Source: Thermoanaerobaculia bacterium (GTDB lineage: Bacteria > Acidobacteriota > Thermoanaerobaculia > UBA5066). From it: DNA of 64,000 nucleotides. Where the stretch lies: NCBI GenBank assembly GCA_963816185.1, contig CAWFJJ010000008.1:128001-192000 (forward strand), in the 5' to 3' direction. A program made the position numbers and the translations under genes. Below, one piece after another: positions 33,715 to 42,400 of the stretch. The notes beneath the pieces are model-generated. The model did no database searches and was not told the origin of the DNA. It saw only the letters and a list, made by a program, of their open reading frames with translations. Every line of letters begins with the position of its first letter. The stretch's first letter is position 1.

Positions 33715-35691
33715 ATGTGGGAAGGAACGTTCCTGCGCGACCTCGCGGTCGTTCTGGCGGCGTCGTTTCCCGTTCTCTTCGTCTGCCGCCGGCTGAAGCT
33801 CCCGCAGGTCGTCGGCTTCCTCGTCACGGGTGTCGCGATCGGGCCGCACGCGCTGGGCTGGGTCCGCGAGGCGAGCCGAGTCGAGTCGATCGCCGGGTTC
33901 GGCGTTGCGCTCATCCTCCTTTTCGTCGGCCTCGAGTTTCCGATCCGGCGCCTGAAGGCTCTCGGTCGGACCTCACTCGTCGGGGGAACGCTTCAGATGG
34001 CCCTCACGGCCGCCGCGGGGGCCGTCTTCGCGCGGGTCTCGGGGAGCGCGCTGAACGAGGCGGTATTCCTCGGACTCCTCGTGTCGGTCTCGTCCACGGC
34101 AGTCGTCCTCCCGATCCTCAAGCAGCGCGACGAGCTCGCGGCCCCGTACGGCCGGCGTTTCCTCGCCGTCTCCCTGTTCCAGGACCTGGCCGTCATTCCG
34201 ATCCTCCTCTTTCTTCCGGCGCTCGTTTCCGGAAGCGGGCCGAGAGCGGCCGCCGTCGCGGGCCGGGTCGTGACCGCGATCGCAGCCGTGGCGATTCTCG
34301 TCGCGGTCGCGCGGCGCGCGGCCCCGCGCCTCCTCGACGGCGTGGCCCGCATGGGAAGCCGCGAGATCTTCACGGGCGCGGTCGTGGTCATCGTTCTCGC
34401 GATGATCGCGGCGGGCGAGAAGGCGGGCGTTTCGGCCGCGATGGGTGCGTTCGCCGCAGGGATCGTCCTCGGCGAAAGCGATCACGTTCACGAGGTCGCT
34501 GCGACGCTCGCGCCTCTCCATGACCTCCTCTCGAGCCTCTTCTTCGTCTCGATCGGGATGCTGCTCGACCCAGCCTTCCTCGCCGGGCACCCCGCCGAGG
34601 TCGCCGTCGTCGTCGTCGTTCTCGTCGGAATCAAGACGGCGGCCGCCTTCGCTGCGCTGCGCGCGTCGGGCACCGTTCCCCGGACGGCGCTGCGCGCGGC
34701 GCTCGCCCTTGCAAACGTGGGGGAGTTCTCGTTCGTCCTCGCGACGACCGGGGTCTCGCTCGCACTCCTCTCGGGCGAGGCGCGGCAAGTCGTCGTCGCG
34801 GCGACGGTTGGAACGCTCGTCCTTGCTCCGTTCCTCGTCGCGGCCGGCCCCGCGCTCGCCGTGCGCCTGCCGGAGGCCGTCGAGGATCCCGCCGAAGGTT
34901 CCGAGGCCCCGCTCGCACGCCACATCGTGATCGTCGGGGCCGGGCTGAACGGCACGAACGTCGCCCGCGTCCTCCTCGAGACGGGCATTCCCCACGTCCT
35001 CGTGGACATCGACCCGGGACGCGTCGCGGCGGCGCGACACGAGGGGCTGCACGTGCTGCGCGCCGACGCGACAGGCCTCGAGGGCCTGCACGCCGCCGGT
35101 GTCGAGCGCGCGGTCGCCGTCGTCGTGACGATCCCGGACCCGGACGCCTGCCGGCGCGTCGTGCGCCTCGCCCGGTTGCGCAATCCGGACGTGCGGGTCC
35201 TCGTGAGGACGCGGTACGAGAAAGAGGTGGAGACCCTTCGCGCGCTCGGCGCGGACGAGGTCATCCCGGAGGAGTTCGAGACGTCCATCGAGCTCGTCGC
35301 ACGAGTCCTGCGCCTCCTTCACGTGCCCGGAAACGTCGTCGCGACCCAGATCCGCCTCCTGCGCGACGAGGCATACCAGCGGCTGCGTGACCCGCTCTCG
35401 AAGGTGGCAGGCGGCCGACGACTCTCGGCCCTCGTCGCCGCCGGGACGAGCGAGCTCTTCCTCGTCATGCCCGACACGGCCGCGGATGGCCGGCTCCTCT
35501 CCGAGCTCGACCTCGCGGCCGCGCACGTCGCGGTTCCGGCGGTCCTGCGCGACGGCGTCCCGAACGCGCCGCCGCCCGAGGACTTCCGCCTTGCCGCAGG
35601 AGACACGCTCGTCCTCGTCGGCGCCCACGAAGACCTCGCGAAAGTCCTGACTCGCCTCGAGACACGCGCGGCAGCGCCCGCCGCGAGTTGA
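33715..35691 (+). CDS. CPA2 cation:proton antiporter (KefB/KefC-like) with TrkA-N/TrkA-C domains
   Basis: LFVGLEF, LFQDLAV, FFVSIGM, GEFSFVL and IVGAGLNG. Confidence 0.92.
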   Translation: MWEGTFLRDLAVVLAASFPVLFVCRRLKLPQVVGFLVTGVAIGPHALGWVREASRVESIAGFGVALILLFVGLEFPIRRLKALGRTSLVGGTLQMALTAAAGAVFARVSGSALNEAVFLGLLVSVSSTAVVLPILKQRDELAAPYGRRFLAVSLFQDLAVIPILLFLPALVSGSGPRAAAVAGRVVTAIAAVAILVAVARRAAPRLLDGVARMGSREIFTGAVVVIVLAMIAAGEKAGVSAAMGAFAAGIVLGESDHVHEVAATLAPLHDLLSSLFFVSIGMLLDPAFLAGHPAEVAVVVVVLVGIKTAAAFAALRASGTVPRTALRAALALANVGEFSFVLATTGVSLALLSGEARQVVVAATVGTLVLAPFLVAAGPALAVRLPEAVEDPAEGSEAPLARHIVIVGAGLNGTNVARVLLETGIPHVLVDIDPGRVAAARHEGLHVLRADATGLEGLHAAGVERAVAVVVTIPDPDACRRVVRLARLRNPDVRVLVRTRYEKEVETLRALGADEVIPEEFETSIELVARVLRLLHVPGNVVATQIRLLRDEAYQRLRDPLSKVAGGRRLSALVAAGTSELFLVMPDTAADGRLLSELDLAAAHVAVPAVLRDGVPNAPPPEDFRLAAGDTLVLVGAHEDLAKVLTRLETRAAAPAAS

Positions 35692-35753
35692 CGCGCGCCT
35701 CCGCCCGCCGGTCGGTCTCCCGGGTTGACTCCCGGCGGTTTCGGGCACACATT

Positions 35754-35843
35754 GCTCGTTGCCTGGGGGTGGCCCGAGAGGGCCTGAGATCACACCCCGG
35801 AACCTGATCCGGTTCGAACCGGCGTAGGGAAAGGCAGAAAGAG
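35754..35843 (+). ncRNA. TPP riboswitch (THI element)
   Basis: GGGGTG...CTGAGA..ACCC..AACCTGATCCGG..ACCGGCGTAGGGA. P1 TTGCCT/AGGCAG extends over the RBS region. TTGACT-N17-CACATT promoter upstream. Confidence 0.93.
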
Positions 35844-35848
35844 CGCAC

Positions 35849-37993
35849 ATGTCGTCGAAAATCCTCCGGGCCCTCCCAATCCTGGCTTTCGTCTGCGCGG
35901 CGGCCGCAGCGCGCGCGCAAGAGCCCGCGCCGACTCCGACTCCGACTCCGACGCCGACCCCGGCTCTTGTGCCTCACGTCTCGGAGAACGTCGTCGTGAA
36001 GGCCCTCCGTGCGGACGACGTCACTCCGGTCACGAAGACGGACCTCGACAGGCCCGAGCTCGTTGCCAGGGGCTGGGGGCAGGAGATGCCCGTGCTGCTC
36101 CAGGAGGCGCCGTCCGTCACGGGATACTCCGAGACGGGCTCGGGGCAGGGGTACGCGTACCTGTCGCTGCGGGGCATCGGGGAGACGCGCGTGAACATGA
36201 CGTTCGACGGCGTGCCGCTGAACGAGCCGGAGGATTCGGCCGTCTACACAGCCGACTTCGCGAACCTCACGGGCAACGTCGCGAGCGTGCAGATCCAGCG
36301 CGGCGTCGGGACGTCCACCGTTGGCGCCGCGTCCTTCGCGGGATCGGTCAACTTCGAAAGCCTCGACCCCTCCCTCTCGCCGGCGCTCGACCTCCAGCTC
36401 GGGGCGGGCTCGTTCGGCACGGCGCGGGCGAGTGCGAACTGGAACAGCGGGACGTTCGGCGGCGGCTGGCGGCTGTCGCTGCGACCGTCGTGGCAGACGA
36501 CGGACGGATTCCGCGAGAGCTCGGGCGTCAAGCAGGACAGCGTCTTCTTCTCGGCTGGGCGCGACTTCGAGACGTCCACGCTGAGGTTCTCGGGCTTCGC
36601 GGGCGAAGAGCGCATTCAGCAGGCCTTCCTCGCCGTGGAGAAGGACATCCTCGAGAAGGACCTCACCTTCAATCCTCTCGCGCCCGAGGAGAAGGATCAT
36701 TTCTACGAGTTCCTCGTCACGGGACAGTGGACGAAGGCGCTCGGCGCCGATGCGAGCCTCTCCCTGCAGGGCTACGTCGTGGGCGCGGGCGGCTGGTACC
36801 GTCTCTTCGCGGACGAGGAGAATCGCACGGACCTGCAGGAGTACGGGTTGTCGTGGGGCTTCGGCGGCGGCCTCGCGACGTACACGCGCGATTTCGGAAC
36901 GTTCCATCTCACCGCCGGCGTGCACGCGTATGGCTACCGCTCGACGCACACGCAAGACGAGGTGGAGGGCCCGCGGAACTACCTCAACCACGGTTACAAG
37001 AACGAGGTCAGCGGGTTCGTGAAGCTCCTCGGCAACCTCGACGCGTGGCATCCGTTTCTCGACGCGCAGGTGCGGTACGCGCACCTTTCCTACGCAGGCG
37101 ACGTCGGGGAGGCGGGGCGCGGGTGGACGTTCTTCAACCCGAAGGCGGGAGTCCGCGTCGACGTCTCGGACCGTTCGAGCGCCTACCTGTCGATCGGCCG
37201 CACGGAGCGCGAGCCGGCGCGCTCGGACATTCTGCTCGGCGAAGACAACGCCTCGACGCTCCCGGACTTCAACGCGGTCAAGCCCGAAAGCGTCTGGGAC
37301 GTGGAGCTGGGCGCCGAGTGGCGGACGAAAGACCTCGTGCTCCGGGCGAACGTCTACGACATGGAGTTTCACGACGAGATCGCGCTCACGGGCGAGCTCT
37401 CGGCGATCGGGCTCCCGCTCCGGCGGAACGTGGAGAGGAGCACCCGTCGCGGGCTCGAGCTGGACGCCGCCTGGCAGGCGCTGCCCGCGCTGAGGCTCAC
37501 GGCCGCGGCGAACCTGAACCGCAGCCGGATCGGCGAGTGGACGCAGTTCTACGACGTGTACGACGCGGACGGAAACTTCATCGGCTCGACGCCGCGCACG
37601 TTTCACGACGTCACGCCCGTCGGAACGCCGCCGTTCGTCGCGACGGCCGGCGTCGAGACCACGGCCCTTCCGGACGTGACGGCCGGCCTCACCGGCCGCT
37701 ACGTCGCCGCCTCGTGGCTCGACAACACGAATACGGAAGGCCTCGACGCGCCGCGCTTCTTCCAGCTCGACGCCTCTTTCCGGTTCGACCTCTCGCGCCT
37801 CGTTTCCGCCGGAAAGCCGCGGCTCTCCGTGCGCGTCAACAACCTCCTCGACAACCGGCGCGTCTTCCCGAGCGGGTACTCGTATCTCTACGTGACGCGC
37901 GACGCGGGACAGGACACGGCTTCGGGGATTCCGTACTACTACGCGGCCGCGACGCGGAACGTGTCCGTGACGCTCGACCTGGGCCTCTGGTGA
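35849..37993 (+). CDS. TonB-dependent receptor, probably for thiamine
   Basis: Signal peptide, plug motifs (LRG, DGVPLN, IQRG), beta-barrel and terminal aromatic residue; under TPP riboswitch control. Confidence 0.9.
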   Translation: MSSKILRALPILAFVCAAAAARAQEPAPTPTPTPTPTPALVPHVSENVVVKALRADDVTPVTKTDLDRPELVARGWGQEMPVLLQEAPSVTGYSETGSGQGYAYLSLRGIGETRVNMTFDGVPLNEPEDSAVYTADFANLTGNVASVQIQRGVGTSTVGAASFAGSVNFESLDPSLSPALDLQLGAGSFGTARASANWNSGTFGGGWRLSLRPSWQTTDGFRESSGVKQDSVFFSAGRDFETSTLRFSGFAGEERIQQAFLAVEKDILEKDLTFNPLAPEEKDHFYEFLVTGQWTKALGADASLSLQGYVVGAGGWYRLFADEENRTDLQEYGLSWGFGGGLATYTRDFGTFHLTAGVHAYGYRSTHTQDEVEGPRNYLNHGYKNEVSGFVKLLGNLDAWHPFLDAQVRYAHLSYAGDVGEAGRGWTFFNPKAGVRVDVSDRSSAYLSIGRTEREPARSDILLGEDNASTLPDFNAVKPESVWDVELGAEWRTKDLVLRANVYDMEFHDEIALTGELSAIGLPLRRNVERSTRRGLELDAAWQALPALRLTAAANLNRSRIGEWTQFYDVYDADGNFIGSTPRTFHDVTPVGTPPFVATAGVETTALPDVTAGLTGRYVAASWLDNTNTEGLDAPRFFQLDASFRFDLSRLVSAGKPRLSVRVNNLLDNRRVFPSGYSYLYVTRDAGQDTASGIPYYYAAATRNVSVTLDLGLW
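35930..35959 (+). repeat. (CCGACN)x5 microsatellite encoding a PT linker
   Basis: CCGACT x3, CCGACG, CCGACC. Confidence 0.8.
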
Positions 37994-38562
37994 GCGCCCT
38001 CGAGATCCTGGGGGCCGCGACCGGCGCTCTCGGCGTGTGGATGACGGCGCGCGAGAACGTTTGGTGCTGGCCGGTGAGCCTCGTCAACGTCGCGATCTAC
38101 GCGGTCGTCTTCCGCGATGCGAAGCTGTACGCGGACATGGGCCTGCAAGGCTTCTATTTCGCGATATGCCTCTACGGCTGGTGGGCGTGGCTGCACGGAG
38201 GGGCGGCGCACGGGCGGCTCGTCGTGTCGCGCGCGCCCCGGATCGTGCTCGCGGCCTCTGCCCTCGCCGGAATCGCGTTCGCCGCGGCGCTCGGAACCTT
38301 CCTCCGATCGAAAACGGACGCGGCGCTTCCGCTCTGGGACGCGGGAACGACGTCCTTCAGCCTCGTCGCGCAGTTCCTCCAGACGCGCAAGTGGATCGAG
38401 AACTGGCCGATCTGGATCGCGGTGGACATCGTGTACGTCGGCATGTACGTGGTGAAGCACCTCTACCTGACCGCCGGCCTTTACGCGCTCTTTCTCGTCC
38501 TTGCGGGAATCGGTCTCGTCTCGTGGCGGCGGAGCCTCGTCGGGGCGAGTGCCTCCGGGTGA
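37990..38562 (+). CDS. pnuC: PnuC-family transporter (PnuT-type, thiamine inferred)
   Basis: ENVWCWP, LYADMGLQ, YGWWAW and RKWIENWPIWIAVD. GTGA overlap. Confidence 0.92.
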   Translation: MSALEILGAATGALGVWMTARENVWCWPVSLVNVAIYAVVFRDAKLYADMGLQGFYFAICLYGWWAWLHGGAAHGRLVVSRAPRIVLAASALAGIAFAAALGTFLRSKTDAALPLWDAGTTSFSLVAQFLQTRKWIENWPIWIAVDIVYVGMYVVKHLYLTAGLYALFLVLAGIGLVSWRRSLVGASASG

Positions 38563-39098
38563 GCGTGCTCAAGATCGTCCTGACGGGCGGAGAGTGCACG
38601 GGCAAGACGACGCTCGCACGCGTGCTGGCCGAGCGCCACGCGACGACCTGGGTCCCCGAGGCCGCGCGCGAGGCTGCGCTCGCGAAAGCGGGGCTCCTCG
38701 GCCCCGAAGATGTCGCGCCGATCGCGCGCGCACACGTCGCTGCCGCGGACGCCGCCTTGCGCGACGCGACCCGGCGCGAGAGGCCCGCCGTGTTCTTCGA
38801 CCAGGACCTCCTGTCGACCGTCGTCTACGCGCGTCACTACTATGGTGACTGCCCGCCATGGATTCAGCGGCTCGCCGCCGAGAGGGTCGGAGATCTCTAT
38901 CTTCTCTGTTCCCCGGACCTTCCCTGGACCCCGGATCCGGCGCGCGACCGCGGCGATCGGCGCGAGGAGATGCACGCACTCTTCGCGGCCGCTCTCGCCG
39001 CCGCCGGTGCGCGCGTCGCCGATGTCGCGGGCCGGGGCGCCCAGCGCCAGGCACGAGCCGAGGCCGCAGTCGCGGAGCTTCTCGCCGCGCGCGCGTGA
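38559..39098 (+). CDS. NadR-type (AAA_28) P-loop kinase
   Basis: IVLTGGECTGKTTLA, VPEAAR, FFDQD and LYLLC.PDLPW..DP.RD. GTGA overlap. Confidence 0.88.
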   Translation: MSVLKIVLTGGECTGKTTLARVLAERHATTWVPEAAREAALAKAGLLGPEDVAPIARAHVAAADAALRDATRRERPAVFFDQDLLSTVVYARHYYGDCPPWIQRLAAERVGDLYLLCSPDLPWTPDPARDRGDRREEMHALFAAALAAAGARVADVAGRGAQRQARAEAAVAELLAARA

Positions 39099-39104
39099 GG
39101 ACCG

Positions 39105-40271
39105 TCAGCGGCGGCGCACCCCGAGAAGCGACAGAAGAAACGAGCCGAAGAGAGCCTGAGCTCCCAGGACGAGAAGGAGGACTCCGGGGATCATCCAGCG
39201 CATCGTCTGCGTGTAGGGCAGGCCGTGAAAGCCGGCGGCGGCCCAGAGGCTTACGACTCGGGCTATGAGGACGCCGCCCGCGAGAAGGCAGATCGCTCCG
39301 GCGAGGAGTCCGGTCTCCAGCGTGACCCAGCGGTCGAAGAGGCGGTCGAGAAAAGGGTCCTTCGGGAGGAGCCCTTCGGTGATGCCGAAGATCTTCGCGC
39401 ACACGCCGGAGAAGATCGCGGCCGCGCCGACGAGGACCATTCCGGCGCCGGCGAGCATCGTGTGGACGTCGAGCGTGGCGCCGAAAAGCGCGCGCGACCC
39501 CGGCAGCAGCCACACGATGAGGGCGGCGCCGGCGAGGGCGAGCGCGAGGCCGGGCACGAGGAAGAGCCAGCGAGGCGAGTAGAGGAGGAGGAATCGGAGG
39601 TGCCGCCAGCCGTCCCGCCAGGTGCGCAGGTGCGGCGGACGCGACCGCCCGTCCTTGCGAAGCGTCACGGGGATCTCGCGGATCGTCAGGCCGAAGAGAG
39701 CCGCTTTGACGACCATCTCGCTCGCGTACTCCATCCCCGTCGTGCGCAAGTCGAGCTTCTCGAGCGCGGCGCGGCGAAATCCACGCAGGCCGCAGTGGAA
39801 ATCCGAGACCTCGGTCCCGAAGAAGAGCCGCCCGAGTCCGCTCAGGACCGGGTTGCCGAGCCATCGATGGAGCGGCGGCATCGCGCCGCTCTCGATTCCG
39901 CCACGAAATCGCGAGCCCATCACGAGGTCGGCTCCCGCGTCGAGAGCCTTGACGAAGTCCGGAACGGCGCGGAAGTCATAGGAGAGATCCGCGTCGCCCA
40001 TGACGACGTAGCGGCCTCGGGCCGAGGCGAAGCCGCCCGCGAGCGCGGCGCCATAACCCCGGGAAGGCACGGAGACGACGCGCGCCCCGGCGCGCTCGGC
40101 GAGCTCGCGCGAGCCGTCCGTCGAGCCGTTGTCGGCCACGATGACCTCGCCGTCGAGGGGCGCGCTCTCCAGGGCGGCAAGCGCCTCGGTGACGCACCGC
40201 GCGACCGTCTCGGCCTCGTTCAGGCAGGGCATCACCACGGAGACGGTGAGAGGGGCGGCGTCGGGGGGCAC
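39105..40271 (-). CDS. GT2 polyprenol-phosphate glycosyltransferase (DPM1-like) with C-terminal TM helices
   Basis: VVMPCLNE, DNGSTDGS, MGDADLSY and DFHCGLRGF. Confidence 0.92.
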   Translation of the reverse strand: MPPDAAPLTVSVVMPCLNEAETVARCVTEALAALESAPLDGEVIVADNGSTDGSRELAERAGARVVSVPSRGYGAALAGGFASARGRYVVMGDADLSYDFRAVPDFVKALDAGADLVMGSRFRGGIESGAMPPLHRWLGNPVLSGLGRLFFGTEVSDFHCGLRGFRRAALEKLDLRTTGMEYASEMVVKAALFGLTIREIPVTLRKDGRSRPPHLRTWRDGWRHLRFLLLYSPRWLFLVPGLALALAGAALIVWLLPGSRALFGATLDVHTMLAGAGMVLVGAAAIFSGVCAKIFGITEGLLPKDPFLDRLFDRWVTLETGLLAGAICLLAGGVLIARVVSLWAAAGFHGLPYTQTMRWMIPGVLLLVLGAQALFGSFLLSLLGVRRR

Positions 40272-40330
40272 GGCCCATTGTCTCCGAGTCCGCCTCGGAG
40301 GGGCCGTCGTGGTGTATTTTTAAGAGGGGA

Positions 40331-41140
40331 ATGACCGCCGTGCTGCGCGCCTCGCTCGTCGACTACGTGAATGCCTGGCCGTTGACGTGGGGTCTCCTGC
40401 GCGGTGCGGTGGAAGGGGTCGAGGCGCTGACCGACATCCCGTCGGCGTGCGCCGACCGCCTCGCGCGCGGGGAGGTCGAGGCCGGGCTCGTGCCGTCGAT
40501 CGAGGCCGCGCGCATCCCCGGCATCCGGATCGTGCGCGGAGTGGGGATCGCGTCGCGCGAGCGCGTGCGGAGCGTCATTCTCGTCAGCCGTGAGCCGCTC
40601 GAGGCCGCCAGGACGGTGGCCCTGGACATCGCGTCCCGCTCGTCCGCCGCGATGGCGCGAATCCTGTTCCGCGACCTCCTCGGCATGACGCCCGACTTCC
40701 ACACGGCCGCGCCGGATCTCGGCGAGATGCTCGCCCACCATGACGCGGCTCTTCTCATCGGGGATCCGGCGTTGAAGATGGACCTCACCGGGCTCCACGT
40801 GCTCGACCTCGCGGAAGGCTGGCGGCGGCTCACGGGTCTGCCGTTCGTCTTCGCGGTGTGGGCGCTGCGACCCTCGGTGCCGCCGGAGCCGTTCCTGTGG
40901 TCGCGCGAATACGCGAAGACACACCTCGCGGAGATCGTCGCCGTGGCCTCCCAGCGGACTGGGCTCGGGCAGTCGGCGCTCCACGAATACCTCGACGGGA
41001 ACCTCCATCACGACCTCGAGGCCGAGGACGAGAAAGGCCTCGGCGAGTTCTACCGCCGCGCGCACGTCCACGGCCTCCTCCCCTCCCCGGACCTGCCGCC
41101 CTTCGCGGGCGTGCCTCTCGTGCCGCGCCGGGAAGGCTGA
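40331..41140 (+). CDS. mqnA: Chorismate dehydratase (futalosine pathway)
   Basis: YVNAWPL, SRSS, LLIGDPAL and DLAEGW..LTGLPFVFAVW. Confidence 0.92.
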   Translation: MTAVLRASLVDYVNAWPLTWGLLRGAVEGVEALTDIPSACADRLARGEVEAGLVPSIEAARIPGIRIVRGVGIASRERVRSVILVSREPLEAARTVALDIASRSSAAMARILFRDLLGMTPDFHTAAPDLGEMLAHHDAALLIGDPALKMDLTGLHVLDLAEGWRRLTGLPFVFAVWALRPSVPPEPFLWSREYAKTHLAEIVAVASQRTGLGQSALHEYLDGNLHHDLEAEDEKGLGEFYRRAHVHGLLPSPDLPPFAGVPLVPRREG

Positions 41141-41141
41141 C

Positions 41142-42344
41142 GTGTCCACGGCGTCCGCCGTGCCGCTCGCCCCGGCGGCTTCGCCCGTCCTGCCGAACGC
41201 GCCGGTTCCGGGGCTCGGCGGCTCGCATAATGTCGCCGCGGTGCTCGCGCGCGTTCGCGGCGGCGCGCGCCTCACGTTCGAAGAGGGCCTGACGCTCTTC
41301 CGGGAAGCGACCGTCCTCGAAGCCGGCGCGGCCGCGGACGAAATGCGGCGCCGGTTGCACCCCGCCGATCGGGTCACGTACCAGGTCGACCGGAACATCA
41401 ACTACACGAACGTGTGCATCTATCGCTGCGCGTTCTGTGCGTTCTACCGGCCGGCGGGCGACGTGCAGGGCTACGTCCTGCCGCTTCCGGAGATCGGCCG
41501 GAAGGTCGAGGAGACGATCGCGCTCGGCGGCACGGGCATTCTGCTGCAGGGCGGCGTTCACGCCGAGCTTCCGTTCTCGTTCTACGAGGAGATGCTCTCG
41601 TTCCTGAGGGAAAAATATCCCCAGGTTCACCGACACGCGTTCTCGGCGCCGGAAATCCATTTTCTCGCGAAGAAGGAGAAGACCACGATCGCGGACGTCC
41701 TCTTCCGTCTCAAGCAGGCCGGGCTCCAGTCCGTTCCCGGCGGGGGGGCCGAGATCCTCGAGGACGACGTGCGCAAGCGCATCTGGGCGCTCACGAAGGC
41801 ACCGACCCTCAAGTGGGCGGAGGTGCACCGCGAGGCCCACCGCCTCGGGATGCCGACGACGGCCACGATGATGTTCGGCGTGGGCGAGACGCACGAGGCG
41901 CGCCTGCGGCACCTCGACGTCGTGCGCCGCGTGCAGGACGCCTCGCTCGCCGAAGGCGTCGAGAGCTTCACGGCCTTCATCCCGTGGACGTTCCAGGAAG
42001 AGAACACGGCGATGGACGGCACCGTCGAGACGGCGAGCGGCATCGACTACCTGCGCACGCTCGCGATCGCGCGCCTGTATCTCGACAACGTGCCGCACGT
42101 GCAGGGCTCGTGGCTCACGCAGGGCGCCAAGATCGGCAGCGTCGCGATGTCGTTCGGCGCCGACGACCTCGGCTCGATCATGATCGAGGAGAACGTCGTC
42201 GCCGCGGCGGGCTCGCACAACAGGATGGGCGAGAAGGCGATGCTCGCGCTCATCCGCGACGCGGGCTTCACGCCCGTCAAGCGCGGTTCGGTCTACGAAC
42301 GTTGCCGCGAGCCCTGCTGCCGCGACCTGCCCGCGCTCGCGTAG
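41142..42344 (+). CDS. mqnC: Cyclic dehypoxanthine futalosine synthase (radical SAM)
   Basis: RNINYTNVC..CAFCAF, PGGGAEIL, AFIPWTFQ and GADDLGSIMIEENVV. Confidence 0.92.
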   Translation: MSTASAVPLAPAASPVLPNAPVPGLGGSHNVAAVLARVRGGARLTFEEGLTLFREATVLEAGAAADEMRRRLHPADRVTYQVDRNINYTNVCIYRCAFCAFYRPAGDVQGYVLPLPEIGRKVEETIALGGTGILLQGGVHAELPFSFYEEMLSFLREKYPQVHRHAFSAPEIHFLAKKEKTTIADVLFRLKQAGLQSVPGGGAEILEDDVRKRIWALTKAPTLKWAEVHREAHRLGMPTTATMMFGVGETHEARLRHLDVVRRVQDASLAEGVESFTAFIPWTFQEENTAMDGTVETASGIDYLRTLAIARLYLDNVPHVQGSWLTQGAKIGSVAMSFGADDLGSIMIEENVVAAAGSHNRMGEKAMLALIRDAGFTPVKRGSVYERCREPCCRDLPALA

Positions 42345-42400
42345 CGCGAGAGGGGCGCGCCGCGATTCTGCGGGCATAATCTCCGTGCAACAGAATCTCA

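Noticed and set aside
35930-35959. Phase-variation tract in the TonB receptor
   Set aside because: The 6-bp unit preserves the reading frame and only changes the length of a PT linker.
37990-39098. Plain NAD (nicotinamide riboside) salvage annotation
   Set aside because: Not excluded, but the upstream TPP riboswitch and translational coupling point to thiamine.
41142-42344. Radical SAM RiPP maturase or cofH
   Set aside because: Adjacent to mqnA with MqnC motifs; no precursor peptide or SPASM domain.
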